IMG/VR virus record: IMGVR_UViG_3300014205_000218
Coordinates: 5,880-69,879 of that record
Length of the DNA stretch: 64,000 bases
Reading direction: 5' to 3' (one strand)
Source of the DNA: a virus
Taxonomy: Duplodnaviria > Caudoviricetes
Shown: positions 47,006-56,960 of the stretch, one piece after another
Numbering within the stretch: position 1 is the first letter of the stretch
How the letters are laid out: every line of letters starts with the position of its first letter
Translations under genes and position numbers: made by a program
The notes under the pieces: generated by a model
What the model was told of the DNA's origin: nothing
The model's database searches: none
The model's input: the letters and a program-made list of their open reading frames with translations, nothing else

Positions 47006-48001
47006 ATGCCAATCGAAGCTCCAGTAACGACGATCCTCCCAAGGGATCAGAAGTCACCCGGTAACCTGTCTACTCTCATCGGCCGCTTGCCTGGGCCACA
47101 GCAGGAAGCGTTTCGTCAGGTCCAACAGTCGCTCGACCTGATTACGAAAGCGCTTCGCACGCCGCAGAACGTGAGAGAGTTCGCGGTAACGGACGAGAAC
47201 GGGAGGATGATTTTCTGGACTGGCGCCCGCGTTGTTGACAACGTTCTTTATCGCGGATTCTGGTCTGAAGAAGGCTATCTTGGCGGTACGAGTCCGCTTG
47301 ATGCGCCTCTCAGTGTGATCGATGGCCGCCTGACGATCAGCCTCGGCGGGAGTAATGATTTTGGTGGTCTGACGATTCTGGATGACGCCGATGATCCGGT
47401 GGTTATTCTCGGGAAGATCGCTACAGGGCCTGACGAGTACGGGATTTACGCTAAAGTCGCAAAAATCGGCGGCCCAAACGTTGCCAATCCGGTTATCAAC
47501 GCCGATGAAGATGGCGTACAGATCAAGGGTGCGGATATCGAGATCACCGGAACTGACGGAGACGGGAACAACTTCGTATTACGGTTGTCTCCGTCGGAAG
47601 TCTCCGTAGAAAACACCTCGGAAGATTCTGAGCTAACGCTGTCTGGAGGATACCTGACTATTGAACGGACGATTCTTGGTGTACCAAGATCCGTTCTGTT
47701 TAACACCGTAGAACTGTCGATGCAGACAGTCTCCGCGGCATGGGGAACGAGTTACGTTACTTCTGGGGATAACGGGTACTTCACCGTGTTTGTAAATGGT
47801 GCCGGGGCTGCCGTTATTACGCTGAATGGGATCACTGGAGCGGCCGATTTTGCGGGCGCGGTGTCGATAAACTCGCTGTCTCTCACCACGGCGCTATCGA
47901 CAGCTTACGGTGGCACTGGAGCCACGAACGCTTCGGGCGCGAGGACAAACCTCAGCGTGTACAGCAAGTCCGAATCTGATGCCCGCTACGTTCTGGCATA
48001 G
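47006..48001 (+). CDS. Tail fibre/needle-like protein
   Basis: Ends in GGTGATNASGARTNL, a typical fibre repeat. Confidence 0.6.
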   Translation: MPIEAPVTTILPRDQKSPGNLSTLIGRLPGPQQEAFRQVQQSLDLITKALRTPQNVREFAVTDENGRMIFWTGARVVDNVLYRGFWSEEGYLGGTSPLDAPLSVIDGRLTISLGGSNDFGGLTILDDADDPVVILGKIATGPDEYGIYAKVAKIGGPNVANPVINADEDGVQIKGADIEITGTDGDGNNFVLRLSPSEVSVENTSEDSELTLSGGYLTIERTILGVPRSVLFNTVELSMQTVSAAWGTSYVTSGDNGYFTVFVNGAGAAVITLNGITGAADFAGAVSINSLSLTTALSTAYGGTGATNASGARTNLSVYSKSESDARYVLA

Positions 48002-48193
48002 CTATGAAACAAATCAAACTATCAACTGAAAACACAGTTGCTTTCACGGATTTCTGTATCCGCTCCGATGCTTATGCGCGCGGCGTAGCCGATGCTATGC
48101 AGGTCGCCAAGGTTCTGTTTGCAGAAACGCTGGGGAAGCCAGCGGTGTCTGCCGATTCACCCGTCACTAGCGATCCCGAATAAAGGAATCCCC

Positions 48194-49732
48194 ATGGCTT
48201 CATACGCACAGATCGACCTCAACAACCTGAAGAAAGGCGCGCTCACCACGCAGGGCCAGCCGGTGACAAACACCGACGACGTGAAGGAGCAATTCCGGCA
48301 GAACCGCGACTTCACGTATGGACGCGGGGAGGATCTGAATAACCAACTGAACGGCGTTTCAGGCGGTTCACAGTCCCGCGCCGATGCGTACCGCAACCAA
48401 GCCCACGGCGCGTATGAACCGCTACTTGGCGGCTATTCCGGCCCCGGCTACTCCCCGGAGGAGCAAGCCGCGATCATGCGCGACCAGGAAATGAACGGGC
48501 TGCGCACGAGCCAGGATCACATCAACAGCCTCTATCTCGGCGCGGAAGATCAGCGCAACATCATGGGGAACCCCTATGAGGCGCGGCAATTCTTCCGGCC
48601 CGGGCAAATCGACACGATCAACCAGGACGGTACGGGTCAGATGCGCTCGGCGTACGGTGACCAGGCCACGGCGATGCGTGGCTCGATCGACCCAACGGCG
48701 CTCCGTCAAATGTCCAGTTACGGTTCGGGCCAGGACGCCATCATGAACGCCAGCGATGCCGGTGTTCGTGGGGCGATCACGGACAGTCTGAAAATGGACT
48801 CCGGGTTCGCGGATCGCGTTCGGATGACCGATCGGGACGTGCAGGACTATCAGGACCGGGCAGCCCGGAACGTTCACAACCAGAAGCAAGCCGCGCTCGA
48901 TGAGATCGAGCAGCGGGCCATCAGTTCCGGGAATACGTCCCCCTTGGCTATGGGGGCGCTGCGTAATCGGTATGAGCAGGGCGCGCAGGTGAACTCGGCT
49001 GATGCCATGTTGGACGCCCGGTTGGGCGCTAAGTCGCAGCAAGCCGATCGCGAGTTCGGGATTGAAGGCATCCGGCAGCAAGGCGAGAACGCCTACGCCG
49101 GGTTGCGCTCGAATGCCGAGATGCAGATGGGCAATCGCCGGGTGGGTGAATATGCCGACCGCGAGAACATGCGCATCGGCGCAGAGCAGGGCGCGACAGA
49201 CCGGTCGCTGGCAACCGAGCGGACGATTGGAGACAACCGGCTGCAGTCGGAGCAGGGCATCTATGACCGGAATATGAATTCCGAGCAATGGAAACAGCAG
49301 ACCGGCGCGGATCTCTGGCAGCAGGGCGACGACCGGGCAACGAATCGCTCCATGCAGATCGCGCAAAACTTGCAGGATAACGGCCGCTGGGCAGCGGACA
49401 CGCAGTTCAACCAGGGGATGCAGGTCGCGAACAACCAAGCGAATAAAGCCGGGATGATCGCGGACGCCAGGCGCACGGATCAGTCCGAAGGCCGGGGCTG
49501 GCTGCAACACAACATCGACCAGCAGAACAACAACGTGAATACCGCAAACCAGCAGAAGATCAGTTTGTACGGGACCACCGCCGGCGCGCTGCAGAGCAAC
49601 GCCGGTACCGCGTCTCAGTACGACATGGCGCGCCGGAATTCCGGGTTTGGAGCGGCGTTCAAGAATTCGCTGGGGGCCGGGTTGGGCAGTGGTTTGGGTC
49701 GCGGGATCGCGAGCGGTTTCACAGGAGGCTAA
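48194..49732 (+). CDS. Putative internal virion/ejection protein
   Basis: Q/N/G/A-rich helical protein with a Gly-rich C-terminal segment. Confidence 0.55.
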   Translation: MASYAQIDLNNLKKGALTTQGQPVTNTDDVKEQFRQNRDFTYGRGEDLNNQLNGVSGGSQSRADAYRNQAHGAYEPLLGGYSGPGYSPEEQAAIMRDQEMNGLRTSQDHINSLYLGAEDQRNIMGNPYEARQFFRPGQIDTINQDGTGQMRSAYGDQATAMRGSIDPTALRQMSSYGSGQDAIMNASDAGVRGAITDSLKMDSGFADRVRMTDRDVQDYQDRAARNVHNQKQAALDEIEQRAISSGNTSPLAMGALRNRYEQGAQVNSADAMLDARLGAKSQQADREFGIEGIRQQGENAYAGLRSNAEMQMGNRRVGEYADRENMRIGAEQGATDRSLATERTIGDNRLQSEQGIYDRNMNSEQWKQQTGADLWQQGDDRATNRSMQIAQNLQDNGRWAADTQFNQGMQVANNQANKAGMIADARRTDQSEGRGWLQHNIDQQNNNVNTANQQKISLYGTTAGALQSNAGTASQYDMARRNSGFGAAFKNSLGAGLGSGLGRGIASGFTGG

Positions 49733-49736
49733 TTCA

Positions 49737-51269
49737 ATGCCATATAAACCTACTTACCGGCCATTCAAACCGCCACCGCTCCGGACGCCTTCTTTCCTCC
49801 CGGAGCCGGTGTATGCGGAGTCGAACATCCCGGAGCCACAGGAAGGGCTGCAAGGTCCACCGCCCGCTCTGCAGATGCCAGAGGTGCGCGTGGACGCGCC
49901 TGCGCCCGAGCGGCCAAAGACGATGGTCGATCAGTACGACGAATTGCAGCAGTCCCGCCCGGAGCCGATTGGAGGCTGGCGTCGTCCAGTGAATAGCTTC
50001 CTTCGCGGCGGCGTGGCGGGGCTGGCCTCAGAGCTAATTAATCCTTCACGGGAACGTGAGGTTTTTAAGCAGAAGGAAGATGCGCTGCTTGGAGGCATGA
50101 AAGTGCAATCCCAACAGCGCAATAACGACCTCACTGAAGCATACCGGAACTCTCAAATCGAAGATACGAAATCCCGCCAAGAGGACCGGGAAGAGCGCCG
50201 CCGGGCTAGCGGTATCTCTCAGCAGGAGCACATCGCGAACAACCGCTGGCAGGAACTTCCGTCCGGGATGCCGACGCCGCTATCGACACCGGGTACGGAC
50301 AACCAGTGGGAGTACGCCACGATTGATGGGAAAAAGTACCGCCGTCCTTCGGAAGCGGCTACGCAGACCTCAAAGCGTGAGGCCGAAATGGCAACGTGGC
50401 GCGAAGTTCCGCCCACGATCGCGAAAGAACTTGGGTTGCAGGCCGGGACGAAGGTTCCCGCTGGTGAACTTGACGGATATTTGCGGATGGTGGAGTCGCG
50501 GGCGGCGCGGGAGCAGTCTGGGAATCTGCGCCGGGAACTGGCGCACGAGGCGGCAGAGACTCGGAAACTGGTTGCGGGGATGGTCCACGGCGGCGGGGCT
50601 GGTTCTGCCACTCGCCAGGGGCAGGGCGGCTTGTCACCTACGGCCCAAGGCGTCATCGACGGCAAGGTTCTTTTTCACAGGCTCTCCGCTAAAGAGAAGT
50701 CGGCAGTTCGCGATGAATTACTGACTAAGGTTCCAGACTGGGAGGAGCCGAATTTCGATACCGCTGGTGAAAGGAAGTCTGCGGCAGAAGGGGCATCAGC
50801 CATTGCTGGATTGCAGGAATTAAAGACTGTCCTTCAAGATAACTCGCAATACCTAGGACCGATAGCTGGGCTTCAGGCCTATATCCCTGGATCACAAGCG
50901 CAGAAGGTTCGAGGCAGTATTGATCTAATCCGCCAGCGAGTAGGCAAGGCGCTCGAAGGCGGTGTGCTTCGCAAGGAAGACGAAAAGAAGTACGAGAAGA
51001 TCCTCGGCACGATTACGGATCGGCCCGATATCGCTGCGTCCAAGATTGACAATGTAATCTCTGAACTTCAGCGAGATATGGAGATTGCGGCTCAGGAGCG
51101 CAACCGTTCAGGCAGAACACGCCCGGCCCTAGGCGCGCCGCCGCCATTGACTACGCCGGCATCCACAACGGCGCCCGTAAAAATGCGCGGGCCGGATGGG
51201 CGCGAAGTCATGGTGAAGGCTGACAAGGCAGCAGCCGCAGAAGCGCGCGGTTGGAAGCGAGCGAACTAA
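49737..51269 (+). CDS. Putative ejection protein
   Basis: Helical protein, second of three consecutive large ORFs. Confidence 0.5.
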   Translation: MPYKPTYRPFKPPPLRTPSFLPEPVYAESNIPEPQEGLQGPPPALQMPEVRVDAPAPERPKTMVDQYDELQQSRPEPIGGWRRPVNSFLRGGVAGLASELINPSREREVFKQKEDALLGGMKVQSQQRNNDLTEAYRNSQIEDTKSRQEDREERRRASGISQQEHIANNRWQELPSGMPTPLSTPGTDNQWEYATIDGKKYRRPSEAATQTSKREAEMATWREVPPTIAKELGLQAGTKVPAGELDGYLRMVESRAAREQSGNLRRELAHEAAETRKLVAGMVHGGGAGSATRQGQGGLSPTAQGVIDGKVLFHRLSAKEKSAVRDELLTKVPDWEEPNFDTAGERKSAAEGASAIAGLQELKTVLQDNSQYLGPIAGLQAYIPGSQAQKVRGSIDLIRQRVGKALEGGVLRKEDEKKYEKILGTITDRPDIAASKIDNVISELQRDMEIAAQERNRSGRTRPALGAPPPLTTPASTTAPVKMRGPDGREVMVKADKAAAAEARGWKRAN

Positions 51270-53183
51270 ATGAACCCCGGATCATCTTTAGCGATCGGCC
51301 AACAACTGCGCTCGTGGTGGGACCGACTCACCGATGACGAGAAACAGTCGGCACTCGATACCGTCGGGGAGCTTGCGGGTGGAACGCTTGGCGCAATCAG
51401 TGGTAGCGGGATAGCTTCCATCCCAGCGGCGGGCGCTGGAGCCGTTGTCGGAAAAGGGTTCGCCCGTGGCGCTGGTCAGGCTATCGGGTTGAAGCCCACG
51501 CCGAAGAGTGACCTTGAGACTACGAAAGAAATCGCTGGCACATTCGTACAGAACGCCGCCGGTGAAGGCGTAGGACGTGCAGTTGCCCCGGCTTATCGTG
51601 GCGTCAAATCGCTCGCGCAGCGCGCGGTCCAACTAGCCGCGAAACCCAACCAGCGGGCCATTTCGCTTGCTTCCAAGGCGGGAGTTGAGCTTACTCCCGG
51701 CATGGCATCGGATCGGCCGCTGATGGCGTTCGTGGAATCGGCACTGGAGAAAACCCCAGGCGGAACGAACACGATTCGCGGAAAAACAGCCAAGGCTGTA
51801 AGCCAGTGGGAGGGCTCCGCCAGGAAGATTCCAGAGCAGTTCCATCCCAACAGAGTGGAGGATCTTGAGGCAGGCCAAGCGCTCCAGGATCAACTTACGG
51901 GAAATCGTGGGGCGGCGGCGCAGCACTACAAGGGGCAGTATGCGCCGATTGATGCCGTGATCGGAGAAACTCCGATTGACTTCTCGGTCGCCAAGGGCGA
52001 AGCCCGTGCTTTCATCGAAGGTCTTCCGCAAGGCATGGAGGCATTCTTCCCTAAGGAGGTTCTAGGAAAGCTGCGCCAGATTGCCGGGATGGACGATGTA
52101 CAGCGGATTCCAGGCGGGGCCATCGACACCGGTTATCCGGCGATGACCTTCAGTGAAGCGAAGCAGATCCGCACCGCATTACTCGAAGCTGAACGGGCGA
52201 TGACACACGGTGATGCGTCTATCCAAAGGCAGGCGATCCCCGCGCTTCGGAATGCCATTGATACAAGTATTGACGAGACGCTAAAGAACAGTACCGATCC
52301 GGCACACGCTAAGGCTCTCCAAGACTGGCGCGCGGTGAATGCGGATTACCGGGACACATCCGCAACCCTTTATTCTCAGGGCGGGAAAGGCAACCCCACA
52401 ACGCGCACGATTGAGCGGTCCACTCAGCCGGACTCTCTCCCGCAGGGGATAAACAATAGCCCTACCGCCATCGCGGAAACCAAGCAGGCAACCGCGCCTA
52501 TGTTCGGCGCTGGCGACATGAAGGCATTGCCGAAACTCCAGCGCAACCGCGCCGATGCATTGCTGGATAAGAGTCAAACGCAGAACAGGGCCGTCGGCGA
52601 TGATTTGTATATCAATCCGCGGAGATTGGAAAAGACCCTCAACCAAACCGACGACTCCGTGCAGGCGCTATTCGGGCCGGGACCATACCAGGAACTCCGT
52701 GATTCCGTCCATCTTGGTAAAGCCGTAACTCGCCCCGCGCAGATCACGAACACATCCGAGACGGCCAGGTATAACAACCTCCTCCGCTATGGCGGCGCGA
52801 TTGGCGGGGCTGCTACTGGTGTGGCTACTGGAGATCAGGAAGCCAGCAAGGTAGGGCGAGCACTCGCCGGGGCGGCAATTGGTGGCTACGCGATTCCCAG
52901 GGCCGCCGCTGGCGCATGGATGGGGCCGCTTGGCCGGGCAATCACATCCGCGCCTGCGCCGTTAAAAACTCCCGTAGGCGGAGCCGTTGCCGGAGCGGTA
53001 GGAAGACTCGCGGCTGGTGCTCTCAAATCGCCTAATTCATCTTCGGCAGCATCCAGCGATCTGCCGGCCGATTTTCTGGCTGATTCACCCGGTGATGACG
53101 GTGGTCTTCCCGATGATTTTATCGATCATGAGGCCACGTCGAAATTGAAGCAATCAAAGCCTCCGGCGCTACCCAAGTTTTAA
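51270..53183 (+). CDS. Putative ejection/DNA-transfer protein
   Basis: Gly/Ala-rich hydrophobic stretches (GAIGGAATGVATG) typical of podovirus ejection proteins. Confidence 0.55.
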   Translation: MNPGSSLAIGQQLRSWWDRLTDDEKQSALDTVGELAGGTLGAISGSGIASIPAAGAGAVVGKGFARGAGQAIGLKPTPKSDLETTKEIAGTFVQNAAGEGVGRAVAPAYRGVKSLAQRAVQLAAKPNQRAISLASKAGVELTPGMASDRPLMAFVESALEKTPGGTNTIRGKTAKAVSQWEGSARKIPEQFHPNRVEDLEAGQALQDQLTGNRGAAAQHYKGQYAPIDAVIGETPIDFSVAKGEARAFIEGLPQGMEAFFPKEVLGKLRQIAGMDDVQRIPGGAIDTGYPAMTFSEAKQIRTALLEAERAMTHGDASIQRQAIPALRNAIDTSIDETLKNSTDPAHAKALQDWRAVNADYRDTSATLYSQGGKGNPTTRTIERSTQPDSLPQGINNSPTAIAETKQATAPMFGAGDMKALPKLQRNRADALLDKSQTQNRAVGDDLYINPRRLEKTLNQTDDSVQALFGPGPYQELRDSVHLGKAVTRPAQITNTSETARYNNLLRYGGAIGGAATGVATGDQEASKVGRALAGAAIGGYAIPRAAAGAWMGPLGRAITSAPAPLKTPVGGAVAGAVGRLAAGALKSPNSSSAASSDLPADFLADSPGDDGGLPDDFIDHEATSKLKQSKPPALPKF

Positions 53184-53253
53184 CTGTCCGCATCCCCACG
53201 AGCAGGATGCGGCAAGCGCATTCCTTCTCCAATTCACATCTGGAGATAAACCA

Positions 53254-53451
53254 TTGGAAGAGTTACTTAAAACACTTGCCCAGTATGGCGCCGGTGGCGT
53301 TATCGCTGGCATCATGATCTATTTCTACCGGCAGGACAGGAAGGATTCAGAGTCGCGTTTAACGGCCCTGGGGTCCGAATTTCGACAGGTTGTCGAAAAA
53401 AACACCGAAGCTATTACAACGTTGACGGTCACGCTTCGGAAACATGAATAA
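53254..53451 (+). CDS. Holin-like small membrane protein
   Basis: One TM segment (YGAGGVIAGIMIYFY) plus a charged tail. Confidence 0.55.
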   Translation: MEELLKTLAQYGAGGVIAGIMIYFYRQDRKDSESRLTALGSEFRQVVEKNTEAITTLTVTLRKHE

Positions 53452-54196
53452 CTCCCCCGCGATCCTAAGCAAGTGGACGCGGTTTACAGCCGTCGGCTGC
53501 GTCCATAGCACCTTCGCCTGCCCAACGGCACTCGATCACGTTATGGGGTTTGTGGGCGAATACAAACCCGAAGTCAGGATCGACCTCGGCGACGTTCACG
53601 ACTTCACGGCATTCCGCAGCGGGGCCAAAGGGACGAAAGATGAGGCTGCGCCGGTCGATCTTGATTTTAATGCCGGGTGCAACTGGCTAAAAAGATACCG
53701 GCCAACCCATCGCACTCTCGGCAATCATGACGACAGAATTTACAATCTCCTGAACCATCCAAGCGCCATCGTGGCGCACTGCGCCGGGAAAGTGGTTGAG
53801 GATCTTCGCCAGATCGATGAAGAGAACGGAACCATCGTTCGCCCGTACTGCATGGATGACGGGTGGTTCACGTTCGGCGACACCAAATTCGGCCACGGAT
53901 GGATGTTCAACGAGATGGCCGTCCGGGATCACGCGGAGGCTTTCGGGAAGTGCGTTATCGCGCATCTTCATACTCCCGGCGAGATGCGCGGCCGCCGGGG
54001 AGATCGCCCCACCGGGTGGTGCGTTGGCACGCTCGGCGATCCGAAGTTATTCACCTACGCGAAGAACAACCGCGCGCGACTGAGATGGGCGCATGGGTTC
54101 GCTTGGGGCGAATTTAACGACAAGTACACCAGCGTTCATCTGGAGCGTTGGAATTGCGCACATGGAGAGGAAGAACATTGGCACTCACCGCTATAG
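53444..54196 (+). CDS. Calcineurin-like metallophosphoesterase
   Basis: GCVH, DLGDVHD, GNHD, GHG and HLH motifs. Confidence 0.85.
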   Translation: MNNSPAILSKWTRFTAVGCVHSTFACPTALDHVMGFVGEYKPEVRIDLGDVHDFTAFRSGAKGTKDEAAPVDLDFNAGCNWLKRYRPTHRTLGNHDDRIYNLLNHPSAIVAHCAGKVVEDLRQIDEENGTIVRPYCMDDGWFTFGDTKFGHGWMFNEMAVRDHAEAFGKCVIAHLHTPGEMRGRRGDRPTGWCVGTLGDPKLFTYAKNNRARLRWAHGFAWGEFNDKYTSVHLERWNCAHGEEEHWHSPL

Positions 54197-54447
54197 AAGC
54201 ACTACGCGAGATTCAAGACCAGTTGGCCGGGCTGAGAGCGGATCAGATCCCCGATGGATGGAGAACAGAGGCGGATTGGTCTGCTGAGGCGGGATTAACC
54301 CGTGGCACTGTTGGTAAAACACTGCGAGACGGCGTGAAGGCTGGCATCGTTGAGCGGAAGGCATTCCGTGTTCGTACGGACGGTGGCGCACGGTCTGTCT
54401 TTCACTACCGTACCGTGGACACCCCGAAGCAAGCCAAGAAAAAGTAG
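54178..54447 (+). CDS. Small winged-HTH-like protein
   Basis: WRTEADWSAEAGLTRGTVGKTLRDGVKAGIVE. Confidence 0.5.
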   Translation: MALTAIEALREIQDQLAGLRADQIPDGWRTEADWSAEAGLTRGTVGKTLRDGVKAGIVERKAFRVRTDGGARSVFHYRTVDTPKQAKKK

Positions 54448-54470
54448 TCCACGCCCGTCACCTAACCCCC

Positions 54471-54797
54471 ATGACAACCCGAAAACTCACCGCCAAAGGG
54501 CGGAGCTATATGCGCCGCCTGGAAATGCACGAATGGCTCCCACGCGCTGAGTTCAAGGTTACGAGGCTTCCCGGCCTCTGCGGTGAATCCTCGTGGCATC
54601 CCGAGGAGCGCCAGTGCTGGATAGCGGTATCGCCTGCATCGGATGAGGAGATGGAAAAAACTTTGGTGCATGAAATCCTCCATGTGCTTTACGAGGGGCA
54701 CCTCTCGCCGATGGGCGTGGATTCTTACGATCCCGGCTATGAACTGGGCTTGAATCGCACGGCGGAGGCGCTGTGGAAGGCGTGGAGTCAAGGATGA
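54471..54797 (+). CDS. HEXXH zinc metallopeptidase-like protein
   Basis: TLVHEILHV. Confidence 0.7.
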   Translation: MTTRKLTAKGRSYMRRLEMHEWLPRAEFKVTRLPGLCGESSWHPEERQCWIAVSPASDEEMEKTLVHEILHVLYEGHLSPMGVDSYDPGYELGLNRTAEALWKAWSQG

Positions 54798-55384
54798 TGG
54801 CTGTACCGGGTAGAACCGTAATCGGATTCTGCGGCTCCGCTGGAGCGGGGAAAGACGAAGCGGCCGCTGCGCTTACCGCGCAAGGGTTCGTTAAGCGATC
54901 CTTCGCGGAAGCGCTACGGGGCGAAATTCGGCGCGTCATGACCGACGCTGAGTATTGCGACCGGGTATGGCATGAGATGCCCGAGGTTTGCCGCCGGGCG
55001 CTGCTGGATTGCCGCGTAACGGGGGATCTCGACCCATGGCGCAAGCCGACATCCACGGAGATGCGGCGGCTACTGCAAGTTTGGGGAACGGAGTTTAGGC
55101 GCGCGCAAGATCCTGAGTACTGGATTAAAGCAGAATCACTATCGCTCCCGGATACCGGCTGCTTCGTTTACACCGATGTTCGGTTCCCGAATGAGGCCGC
55201 GATGATCTCGAATCTTGGCGGTTGTTTATACCGGGTTGAGCGGGATGGCGTCACCGGCAACGGCCATATTTCCGAGTTGCATTGGCCTCACTTCAAGCAC
55301 GACGGAATCATCAGCAACAACGGAACGGTTGAAGAACTTCACGCGAAGGTAATTCAGACGGTTTCGATTTATGACACGCCGTAG
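54794..55384 (+). CDS. Deoxynucleoside monophosphate kinase (T4 gp1-like)
   Basis: GFCGSAGAGKD, SFAEAL, RRLLQVWGTE, TDVRFPNE. Confidence 0.88.
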   Translation: MMAVPGRTVIGFCGSAGAGKDEAAAALTAQGFVKRSFAEALRGEIRRVMTDAEYCDRVWHEMPEVCRRALLDCRVTGDLDPWRKPTSTEMRRLLQVWGTEFRRAQDPEYWIKAESLSLPDTGCFVYTDVRFPNEAAMISNLGGCLYRVERDGVTGNGHISELHWPHFKHDGIISNNGTVEELHAKVIQTVSIYDTP

Positions 55385-55617
55385 CATCCTCACCTTCGCG
55401 GCGCAGATATACACCGACGAAGCCAGCCGGAACCATCAGCGTTACGTCGTGCGAGAGTTCGCCAACCGCTATAACGACCTCGCTCAATGCATGATCCGAT
55501 TCGCGGACAAGTTCAACGCCGGGCAGGGTCATGTATGGCCTCGCCGGGAAGCAGCCGCGCTACTCAAGGCAATGAGGCGGCTTGAATCAGCAGAAGCGTT
55601 TTTGAAGGAGAACTGAA

Positions 55618-55839
55618 ATGGATAACCACTGGTTGCGAGGGCTATTGATTGCAGCCGCCGGAGCTGCATTGGGCGTCATCAACGATCCGCATTCACTTGT
55701 GAATGAGCCGGTGAAGGTTGGCAAAATTGCCGGGGCATCGGCTCTTATCGCGGTGCTCGCGTATCTCGTGAGGAGCCCGCGCGAGACGCGCGAGGCGAAG
55801 CCAGAGGACAAGAATGCACCGGATGCAAGCAAGCAGTAA
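55618..55839 (+). CDS. Small two-TM membrane protein (holin/antiholin-like)
   Basis: Two hydrophobic segments immediately before the lysozyme. Confidence 0.5.
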   Translation: MDNHWLRGLLIAAAGAALGVINDPHSLVNEPVKVGKIAGASALIAVLAYLVRSPRETREAKPEDKNAPDASKQ

Positions 55840-56263
55840 ACTTCTCGGGATTCTCCGCAAGCGTGAAGCGCTCAGGCTCAAGGCGTACCAGTGCCAAGCA
55901 GGGAAGTGGACTATCGGCTACGGTCACACGCGCAACGTGAAATCCGGCGATACCTGCACCCCGGAGCAGGCAGAGGCATGGCTGAAGTCCGACACGGCGA
56001 AAGCCGAAACCATCGTCAATGATGCCGCGAAAGTCGCTATGACGCAACCACAGTTTGACGCCCTAGTGTCCTTCGCGTATAACGCGGGATCTCTCGGCAT
56101 AAAGCTGAAGCAGTGCGTCAACGCGGGCGATTGGGCGGCGGTCCCAGCCGCGCTTCGTGAATGGAAGTACGTCACGGACCCGGAGACGAAGAAGAAAACT
56201 GTCAGCAACGGCTTGATTGCGCGCCGCGAAGAGGAAATCGCCATCCTCGAAGACCGTATCTAA
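55814..56263 (+). CDS. Endolysin, GH24 phage lysozyme (start may be 55823)
   Basis: EALRLKAYQCQAGKWTIGYGHT...QFDALVSFAYNAG...GLIARREEE. Confidence 0.93.
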   Translation: MHRMQASSKLLGILRKREALRLKAYQCQAGKWTIGYGHTRNVKSGDTCTPEQAEAWLKSDTAKAETIVNDAAKVAMTQPQFDALVSFAYNAGSLGIKLKQCVNAGDWAAVPAALREWKYVTDPETKKKTVSNGLIARREEEIAILEDRI

Positions 56264-56320
56264 ACAGCCGTTTTAACAGCCGGTTAACAATCCGTTCTAA
56301 CAAACCCCAGGAGACATTCA

Positions 56321-56944
56321 ATGATTATCACCGCACTACAGCGGGCCGTCGTGTGCCTGCTTGTCGCGACGTGCGCCTTTGCGCAGGGCAACGTTGTCGC
56401 GATCACGGATCGACCGGAGCCGGAATCCGTGGAGATTCTGTTTTTCCGTGACGGTTCCGGCAATTACGACTATGAATGCAAGGCTCTCGCGCGGAACAAG
56501 GTGTCCGTTTTCTCGCGTTCCGCCTCCACATCAATCCAGCCGGAAACAACGATCAGCGTAGCCACCCTGACCTCGATTGCGGTTTCCACAAACGTTGCCA
56601 CCGCCACCACTTCCGGCGCGCATGGGCTCGGCGTCGGCCATCGCATTCGGGTATCCGGCGCAACGGTCGATACCGATCTCGGGAGCAGTTCCAGCCCGAA
56701 AGAATACACAATCGCCACGGTCCCAAGTGGAACGACGTTCACGTTCGCGACTGCCAGCGTAGCCGACGCCACTTATAACGAATCGACGCTGCGGTTCGAT
56801 ACCAGCGCCCCACGGACGAATAGCCGTGTCTGGAACGTCATACGGCGCTTCTACACGAGCACTGCGGTCGATCGCATTATCTCGGCCTATGGATCGGGCG
56901 CGATGGACAAGGCGTGCGACTCCAAGGCTACGTACTTCGAGTAA
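56321..56944 (+). CDS. Signal-peptide-like virion/exported protein with small beta-barrel domain
   Basis: Hydrophobic N-terminus; IAVSTNVATATTSGAHGL...YTIATVPSGTTFTF. Confidence 0.55.
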   Translation: MIITALQRAVVCLLVATCAFAQGNVVAITDRPEPESVEILFFRDGSGNYDYECKALARNKVSVFSRSASTSIQPETTISVATLTSIAVSTNVATATTSGAHGLGVGHRIRVSGATVDTDLGSSSSPKEYTIATVPSGTTFTFATASVADATYNESTLRFDTSAPRTNSRVWNVIRRFYTSTAVDRIISAYGSGAMDKACDSKATYFE

Positions 56945-56960
56945 GTCAGGGATAAAAATC

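Noticed and set aside
48422-49510. 362-aa minus-strand ORF
   Set aside because: Antisense shadow of the ejection-protein gene.
53188-53212. Hairpin CCGCATCC/GGATGCGG as a terminator
   Set aside because: No U-tract follows, so support for an intrinsic terminator is insufficient.
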